Positions 16,130 through 24,977 of a stretch of DNA of 32,000 nt are shown here, in pieces. Both the position numbers and the translations under genes were made by a program. Source of the DNA: Dickeya solani IPO 2222 (lineage in GTDB: Bacteria; Pseudomonadota; Gammaproteobacteria; Enterobacterales; Enterobacteriaceae); assembly GCF_001644705.1 (NCBI RefSeq), contig NZ_CP015137.1:2670001-2702000 (forward strand), given 5' to 3'. The notes below the pieces were generated by a model that worked only from the letters and a program-made list of their open reading frames with translations, did not search any database and was not told the DNA's origin. Position 1 is the stretch's first letter. Each line of letters opens with the position of its first letter.

Positions 16130-17735
16130 AGAAGTTCGGTTTGGCGTTGGTGGCCCAGCTGATGCCCTGTACTTTCTTCGACAGGCCCAGTTGGTAGGCC
16201 GGGACGAACAGCGGCACGGCGTAAGCCTGGTCGAGCAGTTCGTGCTGGATCTGGCTGTAGAGCTGCTGGCGTTCGGCATCGCTGGCGCCGATGGCTTTTC
16301 TCAGCTTGTCATCCAGCGAGTGGGTGCGGCTGAAGTTGTTGCCGTTGGGCGGAATATAGTTGGAATCAAATACGGTACGCAGGATATCCGGCTCGGCGCG
16401 CACAAAGTAGTTGGAAGCGATGTCGTAGTCGTTATCGTTGGTACGGCTGATGAAGCCCCCGCTGTCGACCGGATTAAGCTGGACATCGATACCGGCCTGT
16501 TTCACCTGATACTGCACCGCCTGGAACAGGGTGATTTCCGCGGCTTCCGATGAACCGGTGCTGTAGACGAAATTCACGGTCAGGCGCTTGCCGTCTTTGG
16601 TGCGGTAGCCTTGGCCATCTTTGGTTTTCCAGCCCGCGTCGTCCAGCAACTGGTTGGCTTTCTTCAGATCGAAACCGCCCAGCGCTGTGGCCGACTTGTC
16701 GTAATACAGCGTGGAAGGACCGAGGATGTTTTCCGCCGCTTTCAGGGTGCCGAAGAACGCCACTTTTGTCGCTGACGCGGCATCCACCGCGTGCAGGAAG
16801 GCGCGGCGGATATTGACATCCTGGAACGGGCCTTTAGACGTATTCAGGTAAAGCACGCGGTTAACGCCTGGGTTCTCGCGGGTGATCAATTCCAGACGGG
16901 TGTCTTTTTTCAGCGCCGCGGCATTGGCGGGCGGCACTGCGTCAATCGCCTGTACCTGGCCGCTGCTCAACGCACCAAGGCGCACCGAGGATTCCGGCAG
17001 GTATTTGAATTCGATTTTATCCAGATAGGCCGGACCGGTGTGCGCGGCATAGCCCGGCCCCCAGTGGTAATCCGGACGTTTTTTCAGGCGGCTGCCGCTG
17101 CCTTTTACGAAGGATTCCAGAATAAACGGACCAGAGCCAACGATGGTGTTGCTGGTGTTTGGGGTGTTTTTCAGGTACGTCGGCGACTGAATGCCCAAAT
17201 ACGGCAGGCTCAGACCCTGCAACAGTGCGGCGAACGGGCTTTTATAGCTGATCACCACCGTGTAATCGTCCGGCGTGGCAATGCTGTCGATCGGCCCCAA
17301 CAGGGATTTGGCGTAGCTGGAGGTGGTTTTCGGGTCGAGAATACGGTCCAGATTGTATTTTATCGCTGCCGCATCCAGTTTGGTGCCGTCGCTGAACGTC
17401 ACGTCCTTACGCAGGTGGAAGGTATAGCGGGTGTTGTTGTCGCTGATTTCCCAGCGTTCGGCCAGCCAGGGCGTAAAACGGTTGTCTTCCGCCTGACCCA
17501 CCAGCGAATCCACCACGTTACGGGCCACCAGCGCCGCCACGGAGTAAGCGGTGATGGACGGGTCGATGACCGGGGTGTCGCTGCCCAGCCCGATATTCAG
17601 CGTGCCGCCCTGCACGGGCGTGACGGTGGCGTCCGCCGCGTGGGCGAAGGGTGATGCGCCCACCGCCAGAGACAGCAACCCTGCGGTGAGTAAGGAAAAC
17701 CGTGATGCTTTGCTTGCCGGAGATAATGTCGCCAT
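16107..17735 (-). CDS. ABC transporter substrate-binding protein, family 5 (peptide/nickel/opine type), secreted
   Basis: 542 aa. Signal peptide (RFSLLTAGLLSLAVGASPFAHA-AD), an SBP_bac_5-like sequence, and first position in a 4-gene operon. GAGGA lies 8 nt upstream of the ATG. Confidence 0.9.
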   Translation of the reverse strand: MATLSPASKASRFSLLTAGLLSLAVGASPFAHAADATVTPVQGGTLNIGLGSDTPVIDPSITAYSVAALVARNVVDSLVGQAEDNRFTPWLAERWEISDNNTRYTFHLRKDVTFSDGTKLDAAAIKYNLDRILDPKTTSSYAKSLLGPIDSIATPDDYTVVISYKSPFAALLQGLSLPYLGIQSPTYLKNTPNTSNTIVGSGPFILESFVKGSGSRLKKRPDYHWGPGYAAHTGPAYLDKIEFKYLPESSVRLGALSSGQVQAIDAVPPANAAALKKDTRLELITRENPGVNRVLYLNTSKGPFQDVNIRRAFLHAVDAASATKVAFFGTLKAAENILGPSTLYYDKSATALGGFDLKKANQLLDDAGWKTKDGQGYRTKDGKRLTVNFVYSTGSSEAAEITLFQAVQYQVKQAGIDVQLNPVDSGGFISRTNDNDYDIASNYFVRAEPDILRTVFDSNYIPPNGNNFSRTHSLDDKLRKAIGASDAERQQLYSQIQHELLDQAYAVPLFVPAYQLGLSKKVQGISWATNAKPNFYDVWIKP

Positions 17736-17886
17736 TCCCTAAGTCCTCAAAATCAGCTTATTAGAAGAAGCATAGTCATGACCACGTACTCTAGGGTGTT
17801 GTCAGAAGAGTGTAAAAGTATAAAAAATTATTTTTAATTCCTAAAAGGATATAAAAGAAGGCTGTTTTTATAAGGCGTTAGGGCAA

Positions 17887-17909
17887 AGGCCACCCCGGGG
17901 AGATGGCCT
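17887..17909 (-). terminator. Hairpin downstream of the yagU-like gene; putative intrinsic terminator
   Basis: AGGCCA...TGGCCT stem, extendable with G-U pairs, followed on the minus strand by TTTGCC. It sits 15 nt after the stop codon at 17925-17927. Confidence 0.45.
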
Positions 17910-17924
17910 GATGAGGCAGGAAAC

Positions 17925-18467
17925 TCAGTGCGCGTGTTGTGTCGCCAGCGTATCGTTTTCCTGCTGGTGAGTGATGCGGTTGCGCAGATCGCGTCGCGCC
18001 AGTTCAGCAACCCAGAAGCAGAACATGTGGCCGAAGATTTCTGAGAAGTGCTCGGCAAACGGCTGGTCCCACGGCGCAGGTACGGTACCGAACAGCGGCA
18101 GCAGCACCACATGGAACACGGCCCACAGCACCAGACCGTAAAAAGCGCCTTGCCAGAGCTTAATGCGCGGCCAGAATTCCGCTGCTACGCAATAAAGCAC
18201 GGTAAAGGTAATCGAGAAGCCGAAATGCATGATGAAACTCATGATCGGCCGCGGATTGCCATTGAACAGATAGGTTATATGCGAGAGATCAAACGACATG
18301 CCAAGCTGTTGCAATAATTGCTGAGGTGGGTTAGTCAGATCCCTTTCCGGGGTACGGGGCGGGAAGGGAATTTCCCAGCCGAATTTGGCGATTGCGCAAA
18401 TGATGCCGGCAATAATGCCAATCACCACCGCCAGTATAATTTTTTCCTTAACGGTACGAGCCTGCAT
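17925..18467 (-). CDS. yagU: DUF1440-family inner membrane protein, YagU-like
   Basis: ...[12 protein letters not shown]...LLPLFG...[27 protein letters not shown] closely parallels the E. coli YagU C-terminal half (PKIKLWQG..., [27 protein letters not shown]), as recalled. The ATG at 18467 is preceded by a strong AAGGAGA. Confidence 0.85.
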   Translation of the reverse strand: [180 protein letters not shown]

Positions 18468-18506
18468 GGTATTTCTCCTTGGGAACAAAAAAAAGAAAAG
18501 GCGAAC

Positions 18507-18521
18507 AGTGAATAATTCACT
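18507..18521. promoter_or_regulatory. Perfect 15-bp palindrome AGTGAATAATTCACT, 40 nt upstream of the yagU-like start
   Basis: 7-bp arms around a central A, read directly from the sequence. It lies in an AT-rich divergent intergenic region. The function (operator or 5' UTR hairpin) is unknown. Confidence 0.3.
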
Positions 18522-18777
18522 CTCCTTTAAATGGTTACGATCGTCTTTACGACAGCATACGCCTTTGAATCACGATATTCGAGTAGTAGTCATTATCGCT
18601 ATCTGTTTGATGTGTTAATTATTTTTTCTAATCATAACGAATGTTCTTTTATTGGAAGAGATATTAATGTCGGTGGTTTATTGTGACGGAAATGTACCGT
18701 GATATATCTGCGAACCGGATAATTTCATTGGTAAATATTAAACCGTCATCGAATGTGCCGAAAATAATTGGCGTTGC

Positions 18778-19080
18778 TTGCTTTTCATTGCCCGGCAGAT
18801 TAGCGAAAACTATTTTTATCGCACCTGTGGCGTTTATATTTCGCCGCTTGGCTTTTATCTGGGCGATTCGGTAATCCGCGAACGTATTCAGGAAAAATTG
18901 GGAACTCGGCCTTATTTTTCCTTTTCGCTACTGGATCAAGTTAACGGTCAGAAGGTGGTGCGAGGCATTGTGGAATATACCGACTGGAAGAACGGCGATG
19001 GAAAACAGCAACTGTTTGAGTATACCTATTTCTTTGTCGGTGAGCGGGTGGTGTTGCGGGACTTACGGGCCGCGCCATAA
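18778..19080 (+). CDS. Hypothetical protein (100 codons from a TTG start), possibly the 3' part of a frameshifted gene of about 130 codons starting near 18683
   Basis: The sequence looks protein-like (YFYRTCGVYISPLGFYLGDSVIRERIQEKLG...VVRGIVEYTDWKNGDGKQQLFEYTYFFVGERVVLRDL), but the frame has no ATG or obvious SD. An overlapping ORF at 18683-18874 in another frame has a GTG start preceded by GGTGG. No family recognised. Confidence 0.4.
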   Translation: MLFIARQISENYFYRTCGVYISPLGFYLGDSVIRERIQEKLGTRPYFSFSLLDQVNGQKVVRGIVEYTDWKNGDGKQQLFEYTYFFVGERVVLRDLRAAP

Positions 19081-19092
19081 CGCACGCGGCCC
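19067..19092. terminator. GC-rich hairpin between the convergent hypothetical gene and ubiI
   Basis: GGGCCGCG (19067-19074) / CGCGGCCC (19085-19092), an 8-bp perfect stem with a 10-nt loop that contains the plus-strand stop codon (19078-19080). No U-tract on either strand. Confidence 0.4.
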
Positions 19093-19132
19093 AATACTCT
19101 CAGGTTATTCGGTATGGATCGGCCGGTATGAA

Positions 19133-20344
19133 TCAACGGGTATGGTCCAGCCAGTCCGGTAGATCGTTCAGCCCCATCGCCTGACGCACCAGCGTCGGCT
19201 TGATACCCGGCAGCGTGTCCGCCAGTTTCAGGCCGATGTCGCGCAACAGGCCGCCGACCGGATGAGACGCGGCGAACAGGGTGCGAAAACCCTGCATACT
19301 CGCCAGCATCAACGCGGCGCTGTGCTTGCGGCGCCGTTCGTAACGCCGCAGATACAGGTGCTGGCCGATGTCCTTGCCTTGCGTCTGCAACCGCTTGAGT
19401 TCGGCAATCAGCTCCGCCACGTCCATAAAACCGAGGTTGACGCCCTGACCGGCCAGCGGATGAATGGTGTGCGCCGCGTCGCCCGTTAGCACCAGCCGGT
19501 GAGCGGCAAAGCTGCGAGCATAGCGCGCGGTGAGCGGGAAGGTTTGACGGTCGCTCTCCAGCTGGCACAGCCCCAGCCGCATATCGAAGGTCATCGCCAG
19601 CTGTCTGGCGAACTCGTCGGCGGGCAGCTCTCGCATGTGTTGGGCGCGTTCCGGCGGCAGCGACCAGACGATCGAACAGAGATTTGGGTCGCTCAGCGGC
19701 AGAAACGCCAGAATGCCGTCGCCGTGGAACACCTGGCTGGCGATGGCGCCGTGCGGCTGCTCAGTGCGGATGTTGGCGACCAGCGCATGATGGCCGTAAT
19801 CCCAGAACGTCAGCGGAATGTCGGCGTGCTGGCGCAGCCAGGAGTGTGCGCCGTCGGCTCCTACCACCAGCCGGGCGGTGAGCATGCTGCCATCTTCCAG
19901 CGTAATGAAGGCTTCGTTCTCGCCCCAGGCGACCTGACGCAGCGTGGCGGGCGCCAGCAGGGTGATGTCCCGCGACTGGCTTGCCTGTTGCCACAGCGCC
20001 CACTGGATGACGTCGTTTTCAATAATGTGGCCGAGACGGGAGAAGCCGAACTCTTCACCGCAAAAACGGATATTACCGAAGCTGTCTTTGTCCCAGACAT
20101 ACATTTCGTTGTAAGGGCTCAACCGCTGCGCGGCAATGCCCGGCCAGACGTTGAGCTTGCGCAGCAGCGCCTCGCTGGCGGCATTAATGGCGGATACGCG
20201 CAGCGCGTGCGGGCCGTTCGCCAACGGTTCGGTCGCGGTCTGTTTTTCCAGCACCGCGACGCTCAGGCCGCTGCCTTGCAGACCGCAGGCCAGCGCCAGC
20301 CCCACCATTCCCCCACCCGCGATGACCACATCAAATGATTGCAT
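19133..20344 (-). CDS. ubiI: 2-octaprenylphenol hydroxylase (FAD-dependent ubiquinone biosynthesis monooxygenase)
   Basis: MQSFDVVIAGGGMVGLALACGLQGSGLSVAVLE... and HTIHPLAGQGVNLGFMD...LRRYERRRKHSAALM are near-colinear with E. coli UbiI (VisC). Located downstream of ubiH. Confidence 0.93.
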   Translation of the reverse strand: MQSFDVVIAGGGMVGLALACGLQGSGLSVAVLEKQTATEPLANGPHALRVSAINAASEALLRKLNVWPGIAAQRLSPYNEMYVWDKDSFGNIRFCGEEFGFSRLGHIIENDVIQWALWQQASQSRDITLLAPATLRQVAWGENEAFITLEDGSMLTARLVVGADGAHSWLRQHADIPLTFWDYGHHALVANIRTEQPHGAIASQVFHGDGILAFLPLSDPNLCSIVWSLPPERAQHMRELPADEFARQLAMTFDMRLGLCQLESDRQTFPLTARYARSFAAHRLVLTGDAAHTIHPLAGQGVNLGFMDVAELIAELKRLQTQGKDIGQHLYLRRYERRRKHSAALMLASMQGFRTLFAASHPVGGLLRDIGLKLADTLPGIKPTLVRQAMGLNDLPDWLDHTR

Positions 20345-20365
20345 AGAGCATGAATTCCTGTCTGT

Positions 20366-21544
20366 TTAACGTTCCACCCAACCCAGCGTACGCCGCGCCA
20401 GCACATCCCGCAGCAGCGGTAGACTGTTCATCGCCATCAGCCCCAGATTCCGCCCGACTTCCATTGGGAACAGGTGGTTGGAGAAAACACGCACCAGCCC
20501 GTCGGTCAAGGCGACGGTGGTGTGCTGATCCGGCTGGCGGCGGCGCTGATAGCGTTGCAACACCGCCTGACTGCCCGGATCTTCGCCTTGCCCGATTGCG
20601 GTCGTCAGCGTTTCCGCCAGCGTCATCACGTCGCGCAGACCGAGGTTGAATCCTTGCCCGGCGATGGGGTGCAGGGTTTGCGCCGCGTTGCCCACCAGCG
20701 CCAGCCGGTGGCTGATATGCTGGCTGGCGGTCACCAGCGCCAGCGGATAACTGTGTCGATCGCCGACCTGCGTTATCGCACCCAGTCGCCAGCCGAAAGC
20801 GCGCTGCAACTGCTGGCGAAACTGCGCATCGTTCCAGTTATCCACTTCGGCCTGTTGTGATAGCGGGTGGCACCACACCAGCGAACTGCGGCCTTTACTC
20901 ATCGGCAGCAACGCCAGCGGGCCGTGTTCGGTGAAGCGCTCATAAGCGCGGCCTTGATGCGCTTCGGCGGTGGTGACGTTGGCGATGATCGCCACTTGTT
21001 CGTAAGACGTTTGCTGCCACTGAATGCCGGCGTGCTGCGCCAGTCGGGAGCGGGAACCGTCGGCCGCCACCAGCAGTTGACCGCTCAGAAGGGTGCCGTT
21101 GTCCAGCAGCAGCGATGCGCCGTCAGCCTCCCGGTTGACCTCCACCACCGTGGCCGGGCAGTGCAGCCGCACGCCGGGCGCGTTTTGTAGCAGTGAAAAC
21201 AGCTGTTTGCCGGCGTCGTGCAGTTCGACCACGTGGCCCAGCGCCGGTACCCGGTAATCGCTGGCCTGTAACCGCACTCGCCCCGCATGGCCCCGGTCGC
21301 TGACGTGTACGCTGGCGATGGGAGCGGCAACGGGCGCGAGCGCCGGCCAGACGCCGATGGCATCCAACTGCATGCAGGTGCCCTGCGCCAGCGCGATGGC
21401 GCGGGCGTCGAAGCCGGGGTGCTGGCTTTCCTGCGGCGAGCGGGCTTCGATCAGATCCACCGGGATCCGGCCGCCCGACAGGCGGGAGATCGCCAGCGCC
21501 AGCGTTGCGCCCGTCATTCCGCCGCCGACAATCATGATGGTCAT
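20366..21544 (-). CDS. ubiH: 2-octaprenyl-6-methoxyphenol hydroxylase
   Basis: MTIMIVGGGMTGATLALAISRLS...VHVSDRGHAG...LHPIAGQGFNLGLRDV matches E. coli UbiH. The ATG overlaps the pepP stop (ATGA at 21541-21544). Confidence 0.93.
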   Translation of the reverse strand: MTIMIVGGGMTGATLALAISRLSGGRIPVDLIEARSPQESQHPGFDARAIALAQGTCMQLDAIGVWPALAPVAAPIASVHVSDRGHAGRVRLQASDYRVPALGHVVELHDAGKQLFSLLQNAPGVRLHCPATVVEVNREADGASLLLDNGTLLSGQLLVAADGSRSRLAQHAGIQWQQTSYEQVAIIANVTTAEAHQGRAYERFTEHGPLALLPMSKGRSSLVWCHPLSQQAEVDNWNDAQFRQQLQRAFGWRLGAITQVGDRHSYPLALVTASQHISHRLALVGNAAQTLHPIAGQGFNLGLRDVMTLAETLTTAIGQGEDPGSQAVLQRYQRRRQPDQHTTVALTDGLVRVFSNHLFPMEVGRNLGLMAMNSLPLLRDVLARRTLGWVER

Positions 21545-22869
21545 GAGGCTTGTCCTGCCGCCCTTGCAATCAGTGCTTCAATCTCGTCCGGATCTTTCAC
21601 AACGTCGCCGGTCAGCACGTCATTGCCGCTTTCGGTGATGACGATATCGTCTTCGATACGAATGCCGATGCCGCGGTACTCTGGCGGCACATCGGCGTCC
21701 GGCGCGATGTAAAGACCCGGCTCGACCGTCAATACCATGCCCGGCTCCAGCGTACGGCCGCGATCGGCGGTACCGTAGTCGCCGACGTCATGCACATCCA
21801 TGCCCAACCAGTGGCTCAGGCCGTGCATGAAGAACTGGCGATGTGCCTGCTCGGCGAACAGGGTGTCGACATCGCCTTGCAGCAGGCCGAGTTTGATCAG
21901 GCCGCGCAGCATAATGCGCACCACTTCCTCATTCACTTCGCGGATGCTGCGGCCCGGCGCGAACATCTCGATAGCGCGCACTTCCGATTCCAGCACGATG
22001 TCGTAAATGGCGCGCTGCGCCGGGGTGAATTTGCCGTTGACCGGGAAGGTGCGGGTGATGTCGCCGGCGTAGCCCTGATATTCGCAACCGGCGTCGATCA
22101 GCACCAGATCGCCGTTGCGCATCTGACATTCGTTTTCGGTGTAGTGCAGAATGCAGGCGTTTTCGCCGCTGCCGACAATGGTGTTATAGGACGGGTAACG
22201 CGCGCCGAGGCGGTTGAATTCGTGGTGGATTTCCCCTTCCAACTGGTATTCGAACATGCCGGGGCGGCATTTCTCCATGGCGCGGGTGTGGGCCAGCGCG
22301 CTGATTTCACCGGCGCGGCGCAGGATGTCGATTTCCGCCGGCGATTTAAACAGGCGCATATCGTGCACCCACGGTCGCCAGTCGGTGAGCGTCGCCGGCG
22401 CGTGGAAGCCTTTGCGCGTACCGCCGGTGCGCAGGGTTTCCAGCGCGGCGAACACCAGCTTGTCGGCGTAGGCGTATTCGCCCTGCGCGTGGTAGACCAC
22501 ATCCAGACCGTTGAGCAGCAGATGCAACTGTTCGCCGATTTCACTGAACGGCAGCGCGCGGTCCACCCCCAGTTTGGCGGGGGCCGCTTCCTGACCGAGA
22601 CGACGGCCGAACCAGATTTCAGCGGTGACGTCGCGTACCCGGTTGAATAGCACGCTGTGGTGGTGATTCTCGTCGCTTTTGATCAGCAGCAACGCCGCTT
22701 CCGGCTCATTGAAACCGGTGAAATACCAGAAATCGCTGCTCTGGCGGTAAGGATAGTCGCTGTCTGCGTTACGCTGCGCTTCCGGCGCGGCGAACAGGAT
22801 CGCCGCGCTGCCGGGCGCCATCTTGTCCAGCAGGGCCAGACGGCGGCGGAGATACTCTTGTTGATTCAT
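21541..22869 (-). CDS. pepP: Xaa-Pro aminopeptidase (aminopeptidase P)
   Basis: 442 aa. YPYRQSSDFWYFTGFNEPEA..., GENACILHYTENE, DAGCEYQGYAGDITRTFPVNGKF, HGLSHWLGMDVHDVG and GIGIRIEDDIVIT match E. coli PepP. Confidence 0.95.
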   Translation of the reverse strand: MNQQEYLRRRLALLDKMAPGSAAILFAAPEAQRNADSDYPYRQSSDFWYFTGFNEPEAALLLIKSDENHHHSVLFNRVRDVTAEIWFGRRLGQEAAPAKLGVDRALPFSEIGEQLHLLLNGLDVVYHAQGEYAYADKLVFAALETLRTGGTRKGFHAPATLTDWRPWVHDMRLFKSPAEIDILRRAGEISALAHTRAMEKCRPGMFEYQLEGEIHHEFNRLGARYPSYNTIVGSGENACILHYTENECQMRNGDLVLIDAGCEYQGYAGDITRTFPVNGKFTPAQRAIYDIVLESEVRAIEMFAPGRSIREVNEEVVRIMLRGLIKLGLLQGDVDTLFAEQAHRQFFMHGLSHWLGMDVHDVGDYGTADRGRTLEPGMVLTVEPGLYIAPDADVPPEYRGIGIRIEDDIVITESGNDVLTGDVVKDPDEIEALIARAAGQAS

Positions 22870-22907
22870 TACCTGCTCCTGAAAAGGGCATCAATGCAGA
22901 ATGCGTG

Positions 22908-23492
22908 TTAATGCAGTGTCGGTTTTTTCTTCTCCGGCGCGGTTATCACCGGGCGGGTAAATTCGTTATGGCACATGATGGCCGCCACCCGTACATATTC
23001 GATCACTTCTTCCAGCGACTGTTCCAGTTCCTCTTTGTCTTCGTCTTCGTCGTAACCAAGCTGGGCGATGTTGCGCAGATCGTCAATCGCCTCTTTCAAC
23101 TCGCCCTGCGTTTTGCCAAGGCGGGGCTGGACGACGCCGAGACCGAGCAGGAAATGGTTGACCCAGCCGGTCAGCGCGTCGGCGCGGTCGAATACGCTGA
23201 CGCGCTCCAGCGCGTCGTCCGGCAGGAACAGCTGGAACAGGAAGCCGTCATCCTCCAGCGCGTCGCGGGTAACCTGATACAATTGTTGCAACGGCTGGGC
23301 CAGCGTCTGCGGGAAGGCCATGCCGTCGTTGGTCAGTTCGAACGTCAGCGTTTTCCAACTGTCGTCGTGGTTGCCGCCGCATAGCATGCCGCTTATCAGG
23401 CCGTGCATTTCAGCGGCGGTCAGGGCTACCTGATGCTGTCGCAGTAGCTGGTCGATAGCGTCGTAACCGGGGAGTGTATTCTGTATGGACAT
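22908..23492 (-). CDS. ygfB: UPF0149 family protein YgfB
   Basis: [10 protein letters not shown]...[15 protein letters not shown]...[11 protein letters not shown]...[20 protein letters not shown]...[16 protein letters not shown] matches E. coli YgfB. I prefer the start at 23492 (MSIQN). Confidence 0.92.
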   Translation of the reverse strand: MSIQNTLPGYDAIDQLLRQHQVALTAAEMHGLISGMLCGGNHDDSWKTLTFELTNDGMAFPQTLAQPLQQLYQVTRDALEDDGFLFQLFLPDDALERVSVFDRADALTGWVNHFLLGLGVVQPRLGKTQGELKEAIDDLRNIAQLGYDEDEDKEELEQSLEEVIEYVRVAAIMCHNEFTRPVITAPEKKKPTLH

Positions 23493-23529
23493 GAGCATTC
23501 ATCGTCGTTGGCAGGTCGTTCGTGTTATG

Positions 23530-23569
23530 CTACCACCAAGCTCCGTTGCTATACCAGCAAGCTCCGTCG
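23530..23569. repeat. Imperfect 2 x 19-21 bp direct repeat in the ygfB-zapA divergent intergenic region
   Basis: ctaccaccaagctccgttg (23530-23548) and ctataccagcaagctccgtcg (23549-23569). Confidence 0.7.
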
Positions 23570-23702
23570 CCAGACCCAGAAAGGGCTTGTATCTTCTATT
23601 TTGGATATATATAGTAGCGCCCGCTTTTTCCCGGCTCCGTCACGGGCCGCGCAGCGGATGTCCCTCATGCGGGCGTGAAACGAAATAAGGCAGGAAAGTG
23701 AC

Positions 23703-24032
23703 ATGTCTGCACAACCGGTAGATATTCAGATTTTTGGCCGTTCGTTAAGAGTCAATTGTCCGCCAGAACAGCAGGATGCGCTGAATCAGGCTGCGGAGGA
23801 TCTTAACCAGCGGTTGCAGGACCTCAAGGTTCGTACCCGGGTGACGAACACGGAACAGTTGGTGTTCATCGCGGCGCTCAACGTGTGCCACGAACTGGCG
23901 CAGGAGCGGTTGAAAACCCGCGATTATGCTGCCAATATGGAACAGCGTATTCGTATGTTGCAGCAGACGATTGAACAGGCGTTGCTGGAGCAGGGCCGTA
24001 TTACCGAGCGTCAGGGCGCGCAATTTGAGTAG
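23703..24032 (+). CDS. zapA: Cell division protein ZapA
   Basis: [60 protein letters not shown]... is near-identical to E. coli ZapA in sequence and length (109 aa). Confidence 0.95.
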   Translation: MSAQPVDIQIFGRSLRVNCPPEQQDALNQAAEDLNQRLQDLKVRTRVTNTEQLVFIAALNVCHELAQERLKTRDYAANMEQRIRMLQQTIEQALLEQGRITERQGAQFE

Positions 24033-24114
24033 CGTGTCTCGTTTTGACAAAAGTACGGTTTTTTTGGGTAACACATCGCTGCCAGACATGATAAGGTAGC
24101 TTTGAAAGAACAAA

Positions 24115-24298
24115 ATTTCTCTGAGATGTTCGTCAGCGGGCAAGTCCCCTGAGCCGATATTTCAACCAACAGAATGTAACGATCCGTGGTTGGTGAGCAT
24201 GCTCGGTTCGACCGAGAAGCCTTAAGACTGCGACGTTGCGTTCACCTTGAACCAAGGGTTCAAGGGTTACAGCCTGCGGCGGCATCTCGGAGATTCCC
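24115..24298 (+). ncRNA. ssrS: 6S RNA (RNA polymerase sigma-70 holoenzyme regulator)
   Basis: ATTTCTCTGAGATGTTCG..AGCGGGC.AGTCCCCTGAGCCGATATTTCA...GGTTGGTGAGCATGCTCGG...CGAGAAGCCTTAA.ACTGCGAC...TTCACCTTGAACCAAGGGTTCAAGGGTTACAGCCTGCGGCGGCATCTCGGAGATTCCC is colinear with E. coli ssrS as recalled. The zapA-ssrS-ygfA context is conserved. The ends are approximate, within a few nt. Confidence 0.93.
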
Positions 24299-24351
24299 TC
24301 TCGTATTTATTCCCCTTTGATTGCATGTTAATTGCATGAAAGTGACTGCGC

Positions 24352-24966
24352 ATGAATCCAGCCAGTGCTTCTTCCGACCTTTCTTCCATTGCAGCATTAC
24401 GTCAGCAAATCCGTCAGCAGGTTCGTCAGCGTCGTCGCGCGTTAAGCCGCGAACAGCAAGCCGCTTTTGCCGGTCAGGCCGCTGAACGGGCGATGACGCA
24501 CGCGCGCCTTGGCGACGCCAGACGGGTGGCGCTGTTTCTGTCGTTTGACGGCGAACTGGATACCCGGCCGTTGATCGACGCGCTATGGCAGCGACAAAAA
24601 CAGGTTTACCTGCCGGTGCTGCACCCGTTCTGTCGCGGGCATCTGCTGTTTTTGCGTTATACGCCGGATACCGAACTGGTGTGGAACCGGCTGAAGATTC
24701 AGGAGCCGCGGCTGGATGTGCGCCAGGTGCTGCCGGTTGAGCAACTGGATGTGCTACTGACGCCGCTGGTGGCGTTTGATGCCGCCGGGCAGCGGCTTGG
24801 CATGGGCGGCGGGTTTTATGACCGCACATTGCAGCATTGGCAATCGCGCGGTCCGTATCCCATTGGGCTGGCGCACGACTGCCAGCAGGTGGATAGGCTG
24901 CCGGTGGAAAGCTGGGATGTGCCGTTGCCGGAAATCATTACCCCGTCCCGCTACTGGCGCTGGTGA
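24352..24966 (+). CDS. ygfA: 5-formyltetrahydrofolate cyclo-ligase
   Basis: ...RQRRRALS...VALFLSFDGELDT.PLI..LW...K.VYLPVLHPF...LLFL.Y....L..NRLKI.EP.LDVR.VLP...LDVL.TPLVAFD..GQRLGMGGGFYDRTLQ matches E. coli YgfA (Fau). The N-terminus is about 22 aa longer than E. coli, so the start is less certain. Confidence 0.9.
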   Translation: MNPASASSDLSSIAALRQQIRQQVRQRRRALSREQQAAFAGQAAERAMTHARLGDARRVALFLSFDGELDTRPLIDALWQRQKQVYLPVLHPFCRGHLLFLRYTPDTELVWNRLKIQEPRLDVRQVLPVEQLDVLLTPLVAFDAAGQRLGMGGGFYDRTLQHWQSRGPYPIGLAHDCQQVDRLPVESWDVPLPEIITPSRYWRW

Positions 24967-24977
24967 AAGCGTAGCGA

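Noticed and set aside
21550-22650. 366-aa plus-strand ORF opposite pepP. Similar long antisense ORFs occur at 25080-26183 (opposite nadR), 27603-28592 (opposite serB), 19499-20338 (opposite ubiI), 9461-10324 (opposite rhaB) and 16791-17654 (opposite the SBP gene).
   Set aside because: Each lies fully inside, and antisense to, a confidently identified conserved gene. Their compositions are typical of shadow ORFs in GC-rich DNA, and none has SD or start-codon support.
24260-24829. 189-aa minus-strand ORF overlapping the ssrS 3' end and ygfA
   Set aside because: It is antisense to the 6S RNA and to a confidently assigned 5-formyl-THF cyclo-ligase gene. The translation is rich in P, A and R, which is shadow-frame composition.
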